A stretch of DNA of 64,000 nucleotides from Takakia lepidozioides (lineage: Eukaryota > Plantae > Bryophyta), in assembly GCA_030704615.1 (NCBI GenBank), contig CM060731.1, positions 744,001-808,000 of the forward strand, written 5' to 3'. The stretch's first letter is position 1. Every line of letters begins with the position of its first letter. Below the pieces are notes generated by a model. That model had not been told where the DNA came from and did not search any database. It worked only from the letters and a program-made list of their open reading frames with translations. Positions 10,190 to 24,030 of this stretch are shown here, in pieces. Position numbers and translations under genes: made by a program.

Positions 10190-13100
10190 GGGAGGCTCAT
10201 CTTTCTCGAGTTGAGCCTCACCGCGCCTAGCTACGGCGCCGTAGTGTGGATTCCCTATGGCTTGGGGTGCACTTGGCTTGACTTGTATTTGAGTGATGAG
10301 GTTATATATGCATGAGTTTATGCTTCAGCTTTGTGAGCTCGTGCTTGTATTCTTCTTCTTTATCACTCGAGAAAGATGAGCTCGTATCTGTGAGTGCTAG
10401 ATACGAGTTAGTTGTAGCACTTGTGGTTTTTGCTTGAGAATGAGAGAAACCAGGTTGTTATGCAAGGAGCACCGTGGAGCTCTTGGTTGTTAGAAACGGA
10501 GGCGATGTGGGTTACAAGGTGGTAGACCTTGGCATTCGAACTTCAGCTTCAGAGATGACAGCACCATAGGTAATTCCAGTGCACCTTGATGGTTTTAGAT
10601 TGTGTACATACATGAGCAAGCACGATTTGGAAGAGGACCAGTCAAGAGCAGGTTAGAGTGGCTTTGGTAGCAAAGTTGAGAACTGGACTTGAGAATGCGA
10701 GCTTTCATTGTGTGAAGGATTGCAAGACCAAGCGAAAGGTCTGATTTGGCTTGGGGCAAATCAGTGCACTTTGTGGAGTATGTTGAGATTGGCGAGCTTC
10801 AGCATTGAGAGGGCTCTTGTCATGGCAAGAGCAGGGCTGGAACAGGAGCTAAGAGGTGCGGCAATGCCATGGAATGTGCACCTAGGGTTTCAGAGCTTGG
10901 AAGAAGAGCTCTTGCACCACAAGAGGAGTGTCTTCTGGCTGGAAATGTAAGCCTTAGGGTTTCAGGAGCTTGGCAATGGCTGTGGAGTGCTTAGTCTTGT
11001 CTTAGAGAGCATCAGGGAGCCAAGGCGCCAAGATAGGGGGTTGATACCTCTTGTGTGAAGGGGTTGCATGTGTGGAGCATGTATTCAGCTCAATGAAGCT
11101 TCCATCTTCAAGCTTGGAGGGCAAGCAAGGAAGAGAGAAGGGCTGACTTCCCTTATGTGAGGGCAATGCATGTGTGGAGCATGCTTTCAGCCTGTTGAAG
11201 GCTTGTGCTTTCAGGTTTGGGAGTGCAAGAAATGAAGCAAAGGGGCTGATTCTCTTATGGTGAGAGTGGGGCATATGTGGAGCATGCCTTCAGCCCATTG
11301 AGGCTCTTGTTTTCAAGCTTTAGAGAGCTAGAATAGAAGGGCTAGGGCTGGTTCCCACTTGGGTGAAAGAAAAGCACTTCTAGGGCATATGTGAGGTGGG
11401 GTTTCAACCTCAAGCCTAGATAGAGCATGGCTCTTGAAGTGGTAGGTGTAGGGGGCTGGAATAGGCTCTAAGACAGATGCTATGGCCAAGGAAAACACTT
11501 GAATGAGTGCTCACAAGGGCTGGAAACCAGCAAGGCTTGGTTGTTTGCCATTGAGTTTAGTGGCGTGTTTGGGGAGTCTAAGTGAGAAAGAAGGCTTGGT
11601 TTGTGGCAACCATCTTCCTCATGGCTTAGGGCTACTATTGGTGGTGTGTGGGAGCCGAAAGAGCAAGAATACCTTGCTGATTTCTTCACAGCCGCCATAG
11701 CTCGGTGCAAAGAAGCCTAGAGTCCAAGAGACACAAACCCTAGCTTGGCGTGGCTAAACCCTTGGAGAAATGGCTAAACTGCCATGAGTGGCCATGGATG
11801 GGGCTGTGAGGGGCTGTGGCGGGTTGTGACATGCTGTGCCCTGTGGCCTGTGGGGCTGTGACGGGCTGTGAGGGGTTGTGACAGGCTGTGCCCTGTGGTC
11901 TGTGGGGCTGTGAGGGGCTGTGACCCCTGTGACCTGTGTAGGACTGTGACAGGCTGTGACAGGCTGTGACCTGTGGCTTTTGGGGCTGTGGCCTGTGTGG
12001 GGCTGTGACGGCTGTGACCAGTGATCTGTGTGGGCCTGTGCTGGTCTGTGGTGGCCCATGTTGACCTGTGGACGGCCTGTACTGACTCGTGGAGATACTG
12101 GTGGACTGCCTAAGGACTGGCATGTGGTCTTGAAGGCCGAATTTTGAAGCTCGTGGAGGGCGGTTTGAGGAGTATCTTCATGATATTCCCATGGTCATGC
12201 AAGTGAGGGAAGAGATGAGAAAAAAATTGTTGGGATGAGGGCATGCTGGGGTTAGGCATTGCTTTAGCTTCTCTTCCTCGTAGTTTTCCACCCTCTCATT
12301 AGGCCAAGACCTTTCCGTAGGTGGAGGCAAAAGTCAGTCCGGGTTTGGGCTGGGGTGTCCTTGCAGAAGCAACACCATGGAGTTGTTTTTGGTGTGGGGA
12401 GTTGTCGTTCTGATTTCTTGTGTTTGGATCCATTCCATGCCTGCATGCTTGACTGTGCGCCATGTTAGTTTTGTGTGGGCGCTTGTTTTTATAGGTGATT
12501 GGTCCGGATTTGATCACCGGCCAGTCCTAGAGCATGCTGTCGATGGTGAGGGTGGGGTGATGACCAGTCAGACCATCATTGTTTCTCCTATGGTGAGGTT
12601 GGAGGTGATGACCAGCCAACCATAGGAGTGTTTGCGGTGGATGCAGGTGCAGATGTAGGCTATGTTAAGAACCTAGTATTCCAAACCATAAGCCGCAACA
12701 GGTTCTCTACCCGGTTACCTTGTGGAGAGGGGGTTATGGACATGTTCATGACCGGTTGAGTGACAGTTTGTCAACACGGAGGTGCCACCACTAGTTGTTG
12801 GGGACAGTGGTGGTTCGAGCACTAGCGATACTAGTGGGTACACGAGACGAGGTGTGCGGTTTAGGCCACCTTCACATCCAATGTCTTCTACGGAAGGTTC
12901 TGATTTGGATTGTAAATCAGGAGGACTTACACCGGAGGTGCAAGTTGTTTCTTTGCCATTGTTGTGGGACACAATGGAGGAGATGTATGGAGCTACCAAG
13001 GGGCCACGAAGGTACTCATGTGGAGGACCCCATGTCAAGAAGGATTGCCCAGAGGGAGGCAATGGTTTGGCACCGGCATAGCCTGCACAGTTGCAGTGTG

Positions 13101-13682
13101 GGCATTATGGTAAGTACGGGCATGGGAAAGCCCAGTGCTATGGTTTGCATCCTGAGTTGCGCCCAAGCCAGTTCCAAGGGAACAATGGTGGCCGGGGGTG
13201 AGGTGGAGCAGAGAGGACGAGGTGGCCAGGCACGAGGTGCAGGCCAAGGGCAAGCTCAACATGGCCAAGGACGCGGAGGTCAGGGTGTTGACCAAGGCAT
13301 GGCCAACCGGCTTCAGCAGCTAGAGCAGAGGCTCGCTGCCACGGCTACAGCTCAGGTGGTACCGGCTCCAAGGCCGGATGGTCCACCTCCTGCTCTTGAG
13401 GGAGGAGATATGGGAGGCATGGGATTCATGTACGGAGCAGCACTACTACTAGTGTAGGTGGAGTCTGCTGCAGCCGTGACCCAAGGAGCAGCACGAGTTC
13501 CTGAGCCACGAGGTACAGAGGTGGAGTTGGATCCACAGTGTGGGGAGGCAAGCCGTCAGGCTAGGCTTCCTCAGTCATTCACATTGGCGGAGATAATGTC
13601 GACGCCATCCTTGACTAGTTCTCGCCCAACTGTTACCGAGACGGAGGTTACTATGTCATTGGGAAGAGCTACACGGGCAGCA
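10190..13682 (+). mobile_element. Remnant of a second LTR retrotransposon (long non-coding part plus degenerate gag)
   Basis: Gag-like zinc-knuckle remnants at ~13010-13170 (YSCGGPHVKKDCP; CGHYGKYGHGKAQCYGLHPELRP) and a Gly/Gln-rich linker. Boundaries approximate. Confidence 0.45.
11790..12065. repeat. GC-rich minisatellite (GGGCTGTGA/CCTGTG units)
   Basis: Many imperfect tandem GG(G)CTGTG(A) units. Confidence 0.85.
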
Positions 13683-16490
13683 CACTACAGCAAATGGGGG
13701 GGGGGGGGGGGGGGGGTTTGCGACACCAGCCGCACCCTCACGCCCCGCGTGGCACCGAGCGTGCGATGCCAACCCCGCGGAGCGTGTTTGCGACGCCGGG
13801 CCGTCGCAGACAAACCCCGTGGGAGTAAAACCTGGCGCCGGGGCGAGGCGGCGACGCCTAGCCGTCGCATGGAGTGATGAAGGGAAAATGGCAGCCATTC
13901 CGTGCGACGCCTAAGAGTCACCCCCAGCGAAGGGCAGAAGGCAGCCCTTTCAGCCCTTTCCGCCGGAAAAAAAAAAACCATTTCTTGCCATTTCTTTCAT
14001 GTAGCCTTTTCTTGCGACGCCCGGCCGTCACATGGTGGCATGAAGGGCAAAAGGCCCCTGCGACGGCCGCGCGTCGCAAACTGCCCGGCTGCCCTATTCT
14101 TTCAAAACAAAAAAACATGTCATAGTTTGCGACGGCTGGCCATCGCTGTTTGCGACCCCCGGCCTGATAAATCCAAGAAAACGCGTCGCAGTTGGTGATG
14201 CGTGGTGGTCACAGGAGGCGACGGCAGGACTTTCTAGGTTTAGGTTTAGGGCCTTTGGGGGTTCTTAGTTTTTTTTTTTTTTCATATGGTACTGGGGTAG
14301 GGTGTTTGTTTTTCTTTATGGTTTAGCTTGTTGTTGTGGATCTTCTTGTAGATTGTGACATTCATTTTGATAATTCTCTTGATACCACATTTGTATGTGT
14401 TGCTCCAACATATTCATTGCCTCTGCCTTCTTTCTTGAAAGACTACCAGCCACAGCCATATTTGATGAATCATAGAAATAAAGTACAATATGCATGTACA
14501 TGTACAATCAATCGAAGGGATAGGTCGAGTTCGGTGCGAGAATTGTTATGTAGCTTTGATTTTGTGTCTAATCAACTTGAACATCATCATCCGGAGCCTC
14601 TTCATCCTCATCAAACTGCAAGTCTTCTTGGTCATCGGAGTCATCGTCATAAATGGCCCGGCCCTCAAAATGCACCTCTGAATCATCCTCCACCTCGTTG
14701 TCAATGGCCGTGTCTTCGTCTTCTTCTCCAACATCCGTATCTTCTAGAGCTTCATCATATAGGGTCCATGATGCATTGTCCGGGGCGTCATCGTCCTCTT
14801 CTACCCCCTCTACCCAACCTCCATCATCAGCATCATTATGACCAGTCTCTCCGTCCACCGCAATTGCCTCACTCTATGGAGATCTGAGACCATGATAGAT
14901 ACGTCTTCCTCTTGGCTGAGCATGCACAACCACCTTCCAATTCCCCCCTCTTGTTTTGTCATCGGAGAAGAAAATTTGCTCCATGTCTGAAGGCCGTGAA
15001 AAATGCTCATCGGAGGGACGATGAGTAGGGTTGAGCCTATCTGCATTGACGCGCATGAAACCACAATCATCTTGCACTAGTGTTGCGGAGGGCCCCACAA
15101 GATGTGGCTGGAACCACCTTCCCTTGAAGAGGCCGGTACCTTGTACACTGAAGTTGGAGTATGCTCTCAAGCTCTCCAATGTACTCAAGTTTGCTCATAG
15201 CAGGTCGTGTATCTCCCTTGCCCCACACGGAGTCTTGCCAATATATGGCACACAAGCCAAATCAAAGGTTGTTTTGCGCTTCATGTCAAGAGCATGAATG
15301 CGGAAATGACGACCGTGAACCCAAACTGCCATGTATGAGGTCGCGAATTGAGAGGGGCCCCTTGCAATGTCTTGCACCAAATCTGAAACCACATCTCCTT
15401 GAGCAACGGCGTCATAAACTGAAGTCCGAAGCCACTGTTGGAATGAACTTAGAGGCTGCAATTCCATGGGCAAATTTTGTGAAGGAATATTCCGGCGGCC
15501 CGCTCCTCGTCGTGGGCGTCTAGTAACCGGCCTTGGATGGTTCCGCCTCCATGCAAGCGTCTCCTCCTCTCGTTGCTGAACAAGATTATTGTATCTTGCC
15601 TCCCACTCATGTATGGATGGGGTGTTCTTCAGTATGAAGTCATGCGCTTGCTCAATCACCAAGGTCGGCAATTTTACCCTCTTCGATTTTTTGGATAAAA
15701 CGATGTCCTTGGTTCATGCATCCTCATCTTCCTTCCACATCCGAGGGGATTCGTCATCCACCCTTGCCATGTACTCCGTGCAATAGAACATAGCTTATTG
15801 TAACGTATACCCCCTCTGCCATGCTACCCTCCGGGCGCGCCATTTGTCTTACAAATCCTTTCAAAGTCTTCATATAACGCTCAAGGAAGTACATCCACCG
15901 AGAATGAACGGGGCCGACAATCAAAGCCTCTTCCACTAAGTGCACTACCAAGTGCACTTGGATGTCAAAGAAGGAGGGATGAAGGTGCATCTCCAACATA
16001 CACATTACCTCCGCCGCCTCCTTCTTCATGCGTGGAAAATCTGCTTCTTCCAACTCTTTGGAACAAATCCATCGGAACAAGCCTCCCAATCTATAGATTG
16101 TCTCACGAACCTCGGGAGTCAATGTCCCACATACTGCAATGGGCAAGATGTCTTGCAATAGATTGTAGTAGTCATGAGACTTCAAACCATGGACCCCGTC
16201 TTCTTCGCTGAACTTCGTAACTCCCTTCTTTGCCGGTGTGCCATGAAGAACCCGAAAAAGGGACGAGCAGACATTCTTCTCAATATGCATGGGATCTAGA
16301 AGATGGCGAATCTTCAGGTCCTACATATATCCCCACCCACAAAGACTTACACAAAAAAATTTATGTGAAAGTGACAATGCAACGCATACCAAATGTGCAA
16401 TATCACATGCATGCATAGGGATATTGACGGTGTTTTTGTGGAATATGTACCGCCCAATATGGCAACTCGTAGAGATTGAAAGTCGTTTCA
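13683..16490 (-). mobile_element. CACTA (En/Spm) transposon, 3' part with degenerate Tnp2/TnpD transposase
   Basis: Terminus CACTACAGCAAA at 13683 with dense TGCGACG/CGTCGCA subterminal repeats to ~14220. Transposase motifs YELPYWA|intron|RHLLDPMHIEKNV, GLKSHD, FFDIQVHLVVHL, RWMYFLERYMKTLK..VRQMARPEGSMAEG, and an acidic C-terminal tract. Confidence 0.92.
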
Positions 16491-18587
16491 TGTCGGGCAC
16501 GTCCACTTCACCGCCCAGCTTTCGTGCCGTTGCCGGTGTTATGAAGGAGTGCGACGCTCCTGTGTCCACCAACAACGAGACGTTAGTTCCGGAAATTATC
16601 CCACTTACGAATATTAACTGACTCCCTTTACGCAAGGGGCCAGTCTCCTGATATAACTCACAAGAGTAGTTGCCTACTTTGCAAGTCTTGACAACCACTG
16701 CTTCCACCAAGCGGCTGATGGAATCTTCGGACAGCTCCGTGGTTGCCCGAGTCATGTTCAATTGTCGGGGTTTCACGCATTTCTTGACCATGTGCCCGGG
16801 CTCCCCGCAATTAAAGCACACTCCATCGAAGGTCGCCTTCTGTCCGCCATAAGCCGCCGCACCTGATTTTCCTTTCGGAGTACTGGATGCCGCCTTGACG
16901 TGTGAATGCCCTCCCTTCGATTTTCATGTGCCATTGTCACCGCGTGGCTTATCCCACTTCTTTTCCGGTCGGCATGAGTCACCCTCCCACCGAGTCTTCT
17001 TGTGGTTCAGCTCCGTATGGCTTTGTTTTTCACCTCTAGGGACATCTGAGAAACATTCAGCCTTTTCAATTGCCTCGTTCAAAGTCTTAGGTGGCTTCTC
17101 CTCCAACTTCCGCCTGGCCCATGGGGCCAGTCCCGCCAAAAAGTTGAAGACCATTTCTAGTTCCGCCATATCCGCGACTTCGAGCAACAGCATAGCCTGA
17201 ACATATCCCCGAATGTCATCCGTTTGCTTCAAATTCTTCATCTTGTCCCGGGCGAGCCAGGACGTGTTGCGTGGAACAAACTGTCTTTTCATAAGTTCCT
17301 TGAACCCACTCCAATTCAAGGTTTCCGGGTTTGGACCTTGGTCGTGAAGGCGTTTCTACCACCATTGTTGAGCATAGCCCCTCAAATAGGTGGGAGCCAC
17401 TTCCACCCGATCCTCGTCACTCAACTTGGCCGCCGGGAAGTACTGCTCTAGCTCCAAGAGCCAGGTGTTGAGTGCCTTCCGATTTCGGACGCCCTTGAAG
17501 GTGCCGGGTTCATTAGGCTTCACCTTAAACTTCGCCTGAGTGGAAATGTCAAGAGCCGCCTTCAACACGTCTTTCAATGTCCCGCCAAACTGCGCCAACA
17601 ACCCTTCCCAAAAGGCTGCTGGCATGGGAGACATCTGTTGGTCTGGCGGAGCCTCCGGGAGGTCCTCGGGCTCCGACTCCTCAGATTCCTCCCGTTCTTG
17701 TGCGGCCTCGCTTTCAAAAGCATGAATCGCCTCCTCAAATTGCCGCTTCGGTGACACGTCGCCCCCATCGGACTCACCAGGATCATCATCTTTCGGGCCG
17801 TTCCACTTTCGCTTTGGATTGCCTGACCTCATGATGAGGCCGATCTCAAGGACGACCGCGTACTGAACTCTAAGCTCTGATACCAAGTGTCCCGCACCTC
17901 ACTTCGGTAAGCTCCCCTTCAAGTCATAGTTACTCACTTTGATGCGCGCGCCTAACTTCCAAACTGGCCGCCGGGCCAACTCGGAGCTTCGGCTGCTCAC
18001 CGGGACATAACGGTCCCCCTTTGCTCCTCCACGAGATCCTCTCTCAATTTGGGCCAAGTGGAAATTCCTTTTGGTCGATGGTAATCCGGAACAGCTCCCC
18101 ACACCTTGGTCGTTTTTCGGCTTGCACGCTTACTCACTAGTTTGTGGTCACCAACGGGCTTGCACCGTTCTTGGGGATACTACTCCCTATATATACTTCT
18201 GTGACTGTCCGTGGGGGTTTCACAAACAACCCTACCATTATATGGCAAACCACCACGAAAACCCTCGACTCCCGGTGATGAGTCGCGGTGAGTCTTGGCC
18301 CACCCACCACGGCCCCATTGGGCTGTGGTGAGTCCCAAGACTCCCCACGACTCCCACCACAAGGTTTCCGCCCCATGGTGAGTCCTATGCCACCCCCACT
18401 AAGACCCACTAAGCTACCACCACCCCTCGTGGAACCACCCCCCACCGCAACCCGGTGTGCGGGGCTTCAGTGCCTTGGGCACTCAAGGGTGCTTCGGCCC
18501 CCGTACCTATTGTTGCCACTGCCCCCACCACAGGGGCAGCCCCTCTTGTGTCCCGCCCCCCTGCCCTCAAGGCAAAGGGCCGCGACA
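16490..18587 (-). mobile_element. Gypsy element 5' part: 700-bp 5' LTR (18587-17888), tRNA-iMet PBS, gag and protease N-half
   Basis: On the minus strand the LTR runs TGTCGCGG...CGGGACA, followed 2 nt later by TGGTATCAGAGC (17885-17874). Gag YLRGYAQQWW; knuckle CFNCGEPGHMVKKC; protease LLVDTGASHSFI. Stops and frameshifts present. Confidence 0.92.
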
Positions 18588-19194
18588 TACGAATCCTTCT
18601 TTTTCTGAGCAAGTCCATTTCGAGAGCAAGGGCAACAGCTGCTCGGAATCAATATTGTAGTTGCAAAAAATGGGTTGGCATATGGCTTCTTCCAAATTAG
18701 CTGATATGCTTTGCGTGAGGGAGGGTCTAAGCAGGTTCCACGCATTCCAGATAGAAATCCATGGCCGAGACCCTGTTGGAGCTGAATTGCCTTTGCCCTG
18801 CACTATCCACCTTCAAGAAGGTTTCCAATTTTAGGAATAGCGAGGAGTGGCTTGATTTTTCTTAACATATTTAAGAATGGGTGGATCTCAAGTTTAATTT
18901 TAATTGTTGTTCCATTTGTGAACAAGCCATATATGTCTTGAAGGAATATGTCCCAAAATAAAATCGCCATTAGGATTTAGTTGTTTTCCCAACCAAAAAT
19001 AATTTTATTTCTAATTTACCTCATTTTTCTAATATATGTGATCAAGACCCGGCCAAAATCCGTGAACCTGCTATTATTTTCCAACAACTACCTTGATTTG
19101 GACCAACCCCATGTTCAAATACCCGGACCCAAATCCGGAGTGGGTTCTGAAAGAAACCCGAACCCAGACCCGACGGGTTTCTTAAAAGGCACTT

Positions 19195-20105
19195 ATAGGG
19201 TAGCCTGTGCCGTTGGCCCAAGTGTCCAATGTTATCTAAGTCATCTAAGTCTAATCATTTTTAACAGAACCTACGACCTGATTTGAACCGGAGTCCTTTT
19301 CCTTGATATCTCTCCTGTGGAGGTTCCAATTATCTCAGGATCAGATCAACCAAATCGTAGGCCAATTCAGGCTACCAGATGCCTCTCCAAAACATCCATG
19401 CCGGCTCCACCTAGGAAAGCCCACTTTGCTATTTTTTGTGAATTTCTAGAGACCAAAACTACTTGAAATTCAATATCTCCCACACCGCCGGTCCAAAAAT
19501 CATGAAACCAAGTCAGTGCACCCCTCCTCATCGAGGGGTTTCCTAAGGTACCAAGCACTCTGGGTGGGGCCCCGCAGTTTGGGACATCTCAACTCTACAA
19601 ACAAAACAAAACAAAACAAAACATCTCCATTCATATATTGACTTAGCATGTGCCGTTGGCCCAAGTGTCCCAAGTGTCCAGTGTCATCTAAGTCCAAGTG
19701 CAATCCCCTATGTATCAAAGTGCGTTTCCTATGCCAAGGCCCAAATGCAACCTCTAGGGTAGCCTTTGCCGTTGGCCCAAGTGTCCAATGTCATCTAAGT
19801 AAGTTTTTTTCCACACAGCCTACGACCAGATTTGAACCGGAGACCTTCCCTTGATATCTCTCCCGGCTGCAACCATTGTCCCAGGAATGGTCACTTTGCC
19901 ATTTTTGCTATGAATTTCCAGCGACCAAAAGTACTTGGAATTCCACATCTCCCTCACCGCTGGTCCAAAAATTATGAGACCAAGCCCGTGCACCCCTCCT
20001 CATCGAGGGCTTTCCAACGGCACCAAGCACCCGCGCTGGGGCCCCGCGGTTTGGGAGATCTCAACAACGCTACAAAACAAAACAAAACAAAACCAACATC
20101 TCGCA
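19195..20105. repeat. Two diverged tandem copies of a non-coding repeat ending in (AAAAC)n
   Basis: TAGGGTAGCCT.TGCCGTTGGCCCAAGTGTCC...GCACCCCTCCTCATCGAGGG...ACAAAACAAAAC at ~19195-19627 and ~19755-20102. Confidence 0.8.
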
Positions 20106-20671
20106 CCCACAAAGAACTGGTTTATATGCCTATTATCAACCTATACCCGCCCACCACTGGTGTTTACCAGTGTTGGGCCATTATGTGACCATTATGTGAT
20201 GTCTTTAATCAGAGGTTTTGATTACTTCACATATGGCAAACTTCCATGGCTACACATCATAACCTCCAGCTCCAGGTGATTTTTTTCACCAAATAACACC
20301 AGGTATTTGGTGATTCTTATAAAGCTGGTTTTGCATCTTGCCTGCCTGTTACCATCAGATAAGCATTGGCTTTGAATAGCCAAACGTTCCTACAAGCAAT
20401 AGCTTCAAGAGATCTTAAATTATCTGTAGTTGAAGCTCAATCCTAATTGATCCTCTTGCCAATGGCTTGTTTATTAATCCCTGCAAATCCCACCTCCTCC
20501 TATAGGATGAAAAAATCCAGCCAAGTGATGTTGAACTTTCGTCAGACCCTCTAAAAGCATCCTCTTGAAGCTCAGTACTAAAATCATGGCTGGCTGTGCA
20601 CCGTATCCTTGATTTGCAATGGGAATTCACATCACAGGCCTTCATGTTGGACCTGGCGTCCTCTTTGGCAT

Positions 20672-23600
20672 TCACTTTAAGGTGAGATCCCCTTGGACTT
20701 CTTGATGAGTCCCTGCAGTCTCTTCAGTCCATGGCAATGGCTGCCTCACCTTACTGAAGCTTATCAAACCGAGGTTCTGCAACAGGACAGTGACATGACC
20801 CACTCACTCTCAGTCGGCCACAATTAAGTAATTCCAAAACAATCATGTGCAAAACATGCACTTGAGCAATTGAGGGCACACCTCCAAAAGGTTTGCTGCG
20901 TACGGGAGATTACCTTGAAGTCCAGCTGAAAAGTCTCTTAACGACAATTATGTCCCTTTGGCACAATGGAGATGGTGGAGAGCTAACTATGTACTAGATG
21001 TTAGACAAAGGGGATACCTGAAGGATTGCAAGGACAGACTTCTCCTGATTGAATGTGTATAAATGCAGTGTCTTGATGTTGTGTGTCAGTAGCTTCTTGC
21101 ACATCTCTGTGCCCAAATGGATGCCATAGGCAATAACTGCCTCCTGATTATCTTTAATCTGCTCGAGCGCTGCAGTAATTTCTCCCGGTACCTATGATTG
21201 TGGAGTGTGTTAATAGGTTTCATATCAGCAGCCTCTGCCCAAGGAATTTTTGGCAATATTATATTATAGCAACATCTGAACATTTAGGAAACATGCCAGA
21301 GATGAGAAAGCCGAGTGTGGTGAAGTGCAAGACTTCGTTTTGCTGCTTCTACATTTCAGGGGAACTTTATTGTTAGGTAAGTTGAAGTTGCTTTGCCAAT
21401 AATGTAGTCATATGCTCAACAGGAGTGGTCTTCTTCCTCTTCTCAGCCAGGAAAGAAAGAACAAAGGGGAGAACACATGGGACAAAGTAGAACTATGAGG
21501 AAAAGGTGTGAGAGGAGACCCATGGAAGGTAGACCACTAAAGTGAGATTGTTCACCTTAGTTTTGCACAGGGTGGTCATGCGATGGAAGCCCTTGTAGCT
21601 TTGGATGGGCAAGATGCCGGGCACAATGGGGCATGTGATGCCTATGTCCCGGCAGTCGTTCACAAACTTTAGGAAGATATCTGTGTCAAAAAATAGCTGT
21701 GTAATAATCACTTCTGCCCCTGCATCCACCTGCCAACCAACAGCAGAATCACCAATTCTGTGACAAAGCGCACATTGCAGTTCATTCCAATGGTTGAGTG
21801 ATAAAATGGGGAGGACCTACGTACTCATCCATATTCAAAGAGACAGTTCTCTGAATATGGCTAGTCAGAAGGCTTCATTGTCTGGGCACATACTCGAACT
21901 GATTGTTGTCTTGAGCAGAATCTACATTACTTTCTAAGTCAAGGAAGGACTTCAACCCCCACAGGATCCTGGAGAACAATCAGATGAGAAGTAAGAGAGA
22001 CTATCCAAGAAGACGGAAAAATGACAGGTTTTTCCAAGATGCCCGGAACCCAACCATAAGTCCTATAACATGAATGAGCCCAAGGCAATCCAACAATGAT
22101 AGATTGAGACTATTCTCATTCATATGACACCTTTTCTTTCAGGTAAGCAAGGTCCTTTTTGTAGGCCTCCTCTGTTGCTCCTGATGCATCTGTTATCACC
22201 TCCGGGTGTGCCTCTGCAATTAGCACCATGCGGCTGTTGGGTACTCTTCATATTGCACTCCTTACTCCTACATAGTGTCCATTGCACAGGCTCTCTAAGC
22301 ATGAATGCCATTGCATGGGTAACCAAACATGTTGGGGGTTGCATACTCCAACTACAAGCTTCAGATGTATACATAAAGGAGGATGAAAGCTGGCAGGTGC
22401 ATACCAGGGTAGCCAGCAACTGTGATCCCAAAGTGGTCCCCGTATCTTGCTTTGATGTGCCTCACCTGCAGAGGGCCAGTTACTGTGGGATAGTGGGCTC
22501 TAGATGGATATCAAAATCAGTATTTATGCAAGATAAGGTTTGTAAGCATTCCTCTGCAGCATATTCACTAGGTACATGAGTGGCACATTGCAATCCTTAC
22601 ATCTTTGGCATTGAAATCGTCTGATACCAACCACATACATTGTAGTCCTAGACGTTTTGAAGAGGGTATGACACACCTTGAAATGAGAACAGTTCTAAAA
22701 AAGTTTGTTTCAGAGTATAGACAGTCCCATCTATAAACCGGAAAGCAAAGGTAAAGCACACAGTCCCATTATCAAATGGTGGCTTGACTCATGCAATGTG
22801 AAAGTGAAATGATGAACTTAGTGATACCATCCTTCAGGTGCTTGTCCATGACATAAAGCTAGTTTCAGAGATCAGGTGAGCTCCATTTAAATTCAGAAGT
22901 TCTTGCAGGCCAACCGTCATGCCTAGACTCCAGCTGGTAGTGAGATACAAGTCATCTGAGGCATTACAACCTCAGACAGTGGTAAAGGGGGCGTAAAAAA
23001 TTGACAGAGATGTGCACAGGTCCTATGGCTACTAAGCTGCATTCATGAATTGAATCAATTTCTTGGGACTTTTGCATACATTTACTGGAGATTGCACTGC
23101 ACCAAAGGAGCACCTACCAGTTCCAAAGCAGAGGAGAATCCGTTTTCCACAGGTATAAATTTGGCTTGGCCATTAGGGGGATCGCCCCTTAGAGCAAGAA
23201 TGTTTTGGATGCCGTTTTCCCTTGCCTTGTCGAGGGCCTCCTCAAGCTCTACAACTGGCATGTTGGTGCATGTGAGATGCATCATGGTTTCCACACACAT
23301 CTGCAAGACCAGGATGTATCAATCAGATGAGAAAGTCACATGTTTATGGCTGCACAATGTAGTTCAATGAAGTCGCAACACCTCTCCCTCCGATATTCCC
23401 TCTTGAGCGTTCAACGCGTTATGTAAGACAACTTTGAATCTTGAGTGTTCCCCTTACAAGTCGATGGACATGTGTCAAAACCATGACTGCCATACAGGAG
23501 TCTGGATCTCCGCCATAGTTTATAGCCCAGTCATAACGCTCCTAAACTTGTTTGCAATTTTAACATTAACTAACTAGTGCCCCTGAGCAGGTTAACGCCC

Positions 23601-24030
23601 ATATTTTCCATACTCCAATCGCAAGAATGTGTAGATCAGAGATCGCATGTATACATGTACCACAGCGTGCAATGCTCCCGTGAGAGTGACACAATCAATA
23701 GATCGGGAGACAAAAGAGGAAGAGTTTCAACCGTCAATGAAAAGCGGAAGAAAAACTGTATGCTGGCTTCCCTGGCAGAGATTTTCGCAACAAATTTCAT
23801 ACAACCGGACTAACCATGTTTTGCATTTTGTTGGCGATGTCAAGAGTGAGAGCAGGGTTGGAACCCCCAGATCTCCACGTTATATCACAGAAGGCAGGCT
23901 GATGCACCACCATTTGCTCCATTCTCTCAAACAATGTCTTGAGTCCTTCACTCTTCGGTGGGAAGAATTCAAACGAAAATACAACCTGATCGCTGTCCAG
24001 TCGTTTCCTGATCTCATCGACAACCTTCAT
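20672..24030 (-). CDS. MTHFR: Methylenetetrahydrofolate reductase: divergent copy with 3' frameshift/truncation (possible pseudogene)
   Basis: Exons 24030-23815, 23300-23118, 22465-22405, 22213-22131, 21729-21556, 21191-21017, 20776-20672. Motifs [59 protein letters not shown]. One extra T at ~21030; regulatory domain not recognisable. Confidence 0.9.

Noticed and set aside
11790-12065. CRISPR-like repeat array (also considered at 13720-14220 and 63560-63850)
   Set aside because: No constant repeat with unique regular spacers; these are a minisatellite and CACTA subterminal repeats in a eukaryote.
17874-17885. tRNA gene
   Set aside because: Only the 12-nt primer-binding site complementary to tRNA-iMet; no cloverleaf. 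No tRNA or rRNA genes were recognised in the window.
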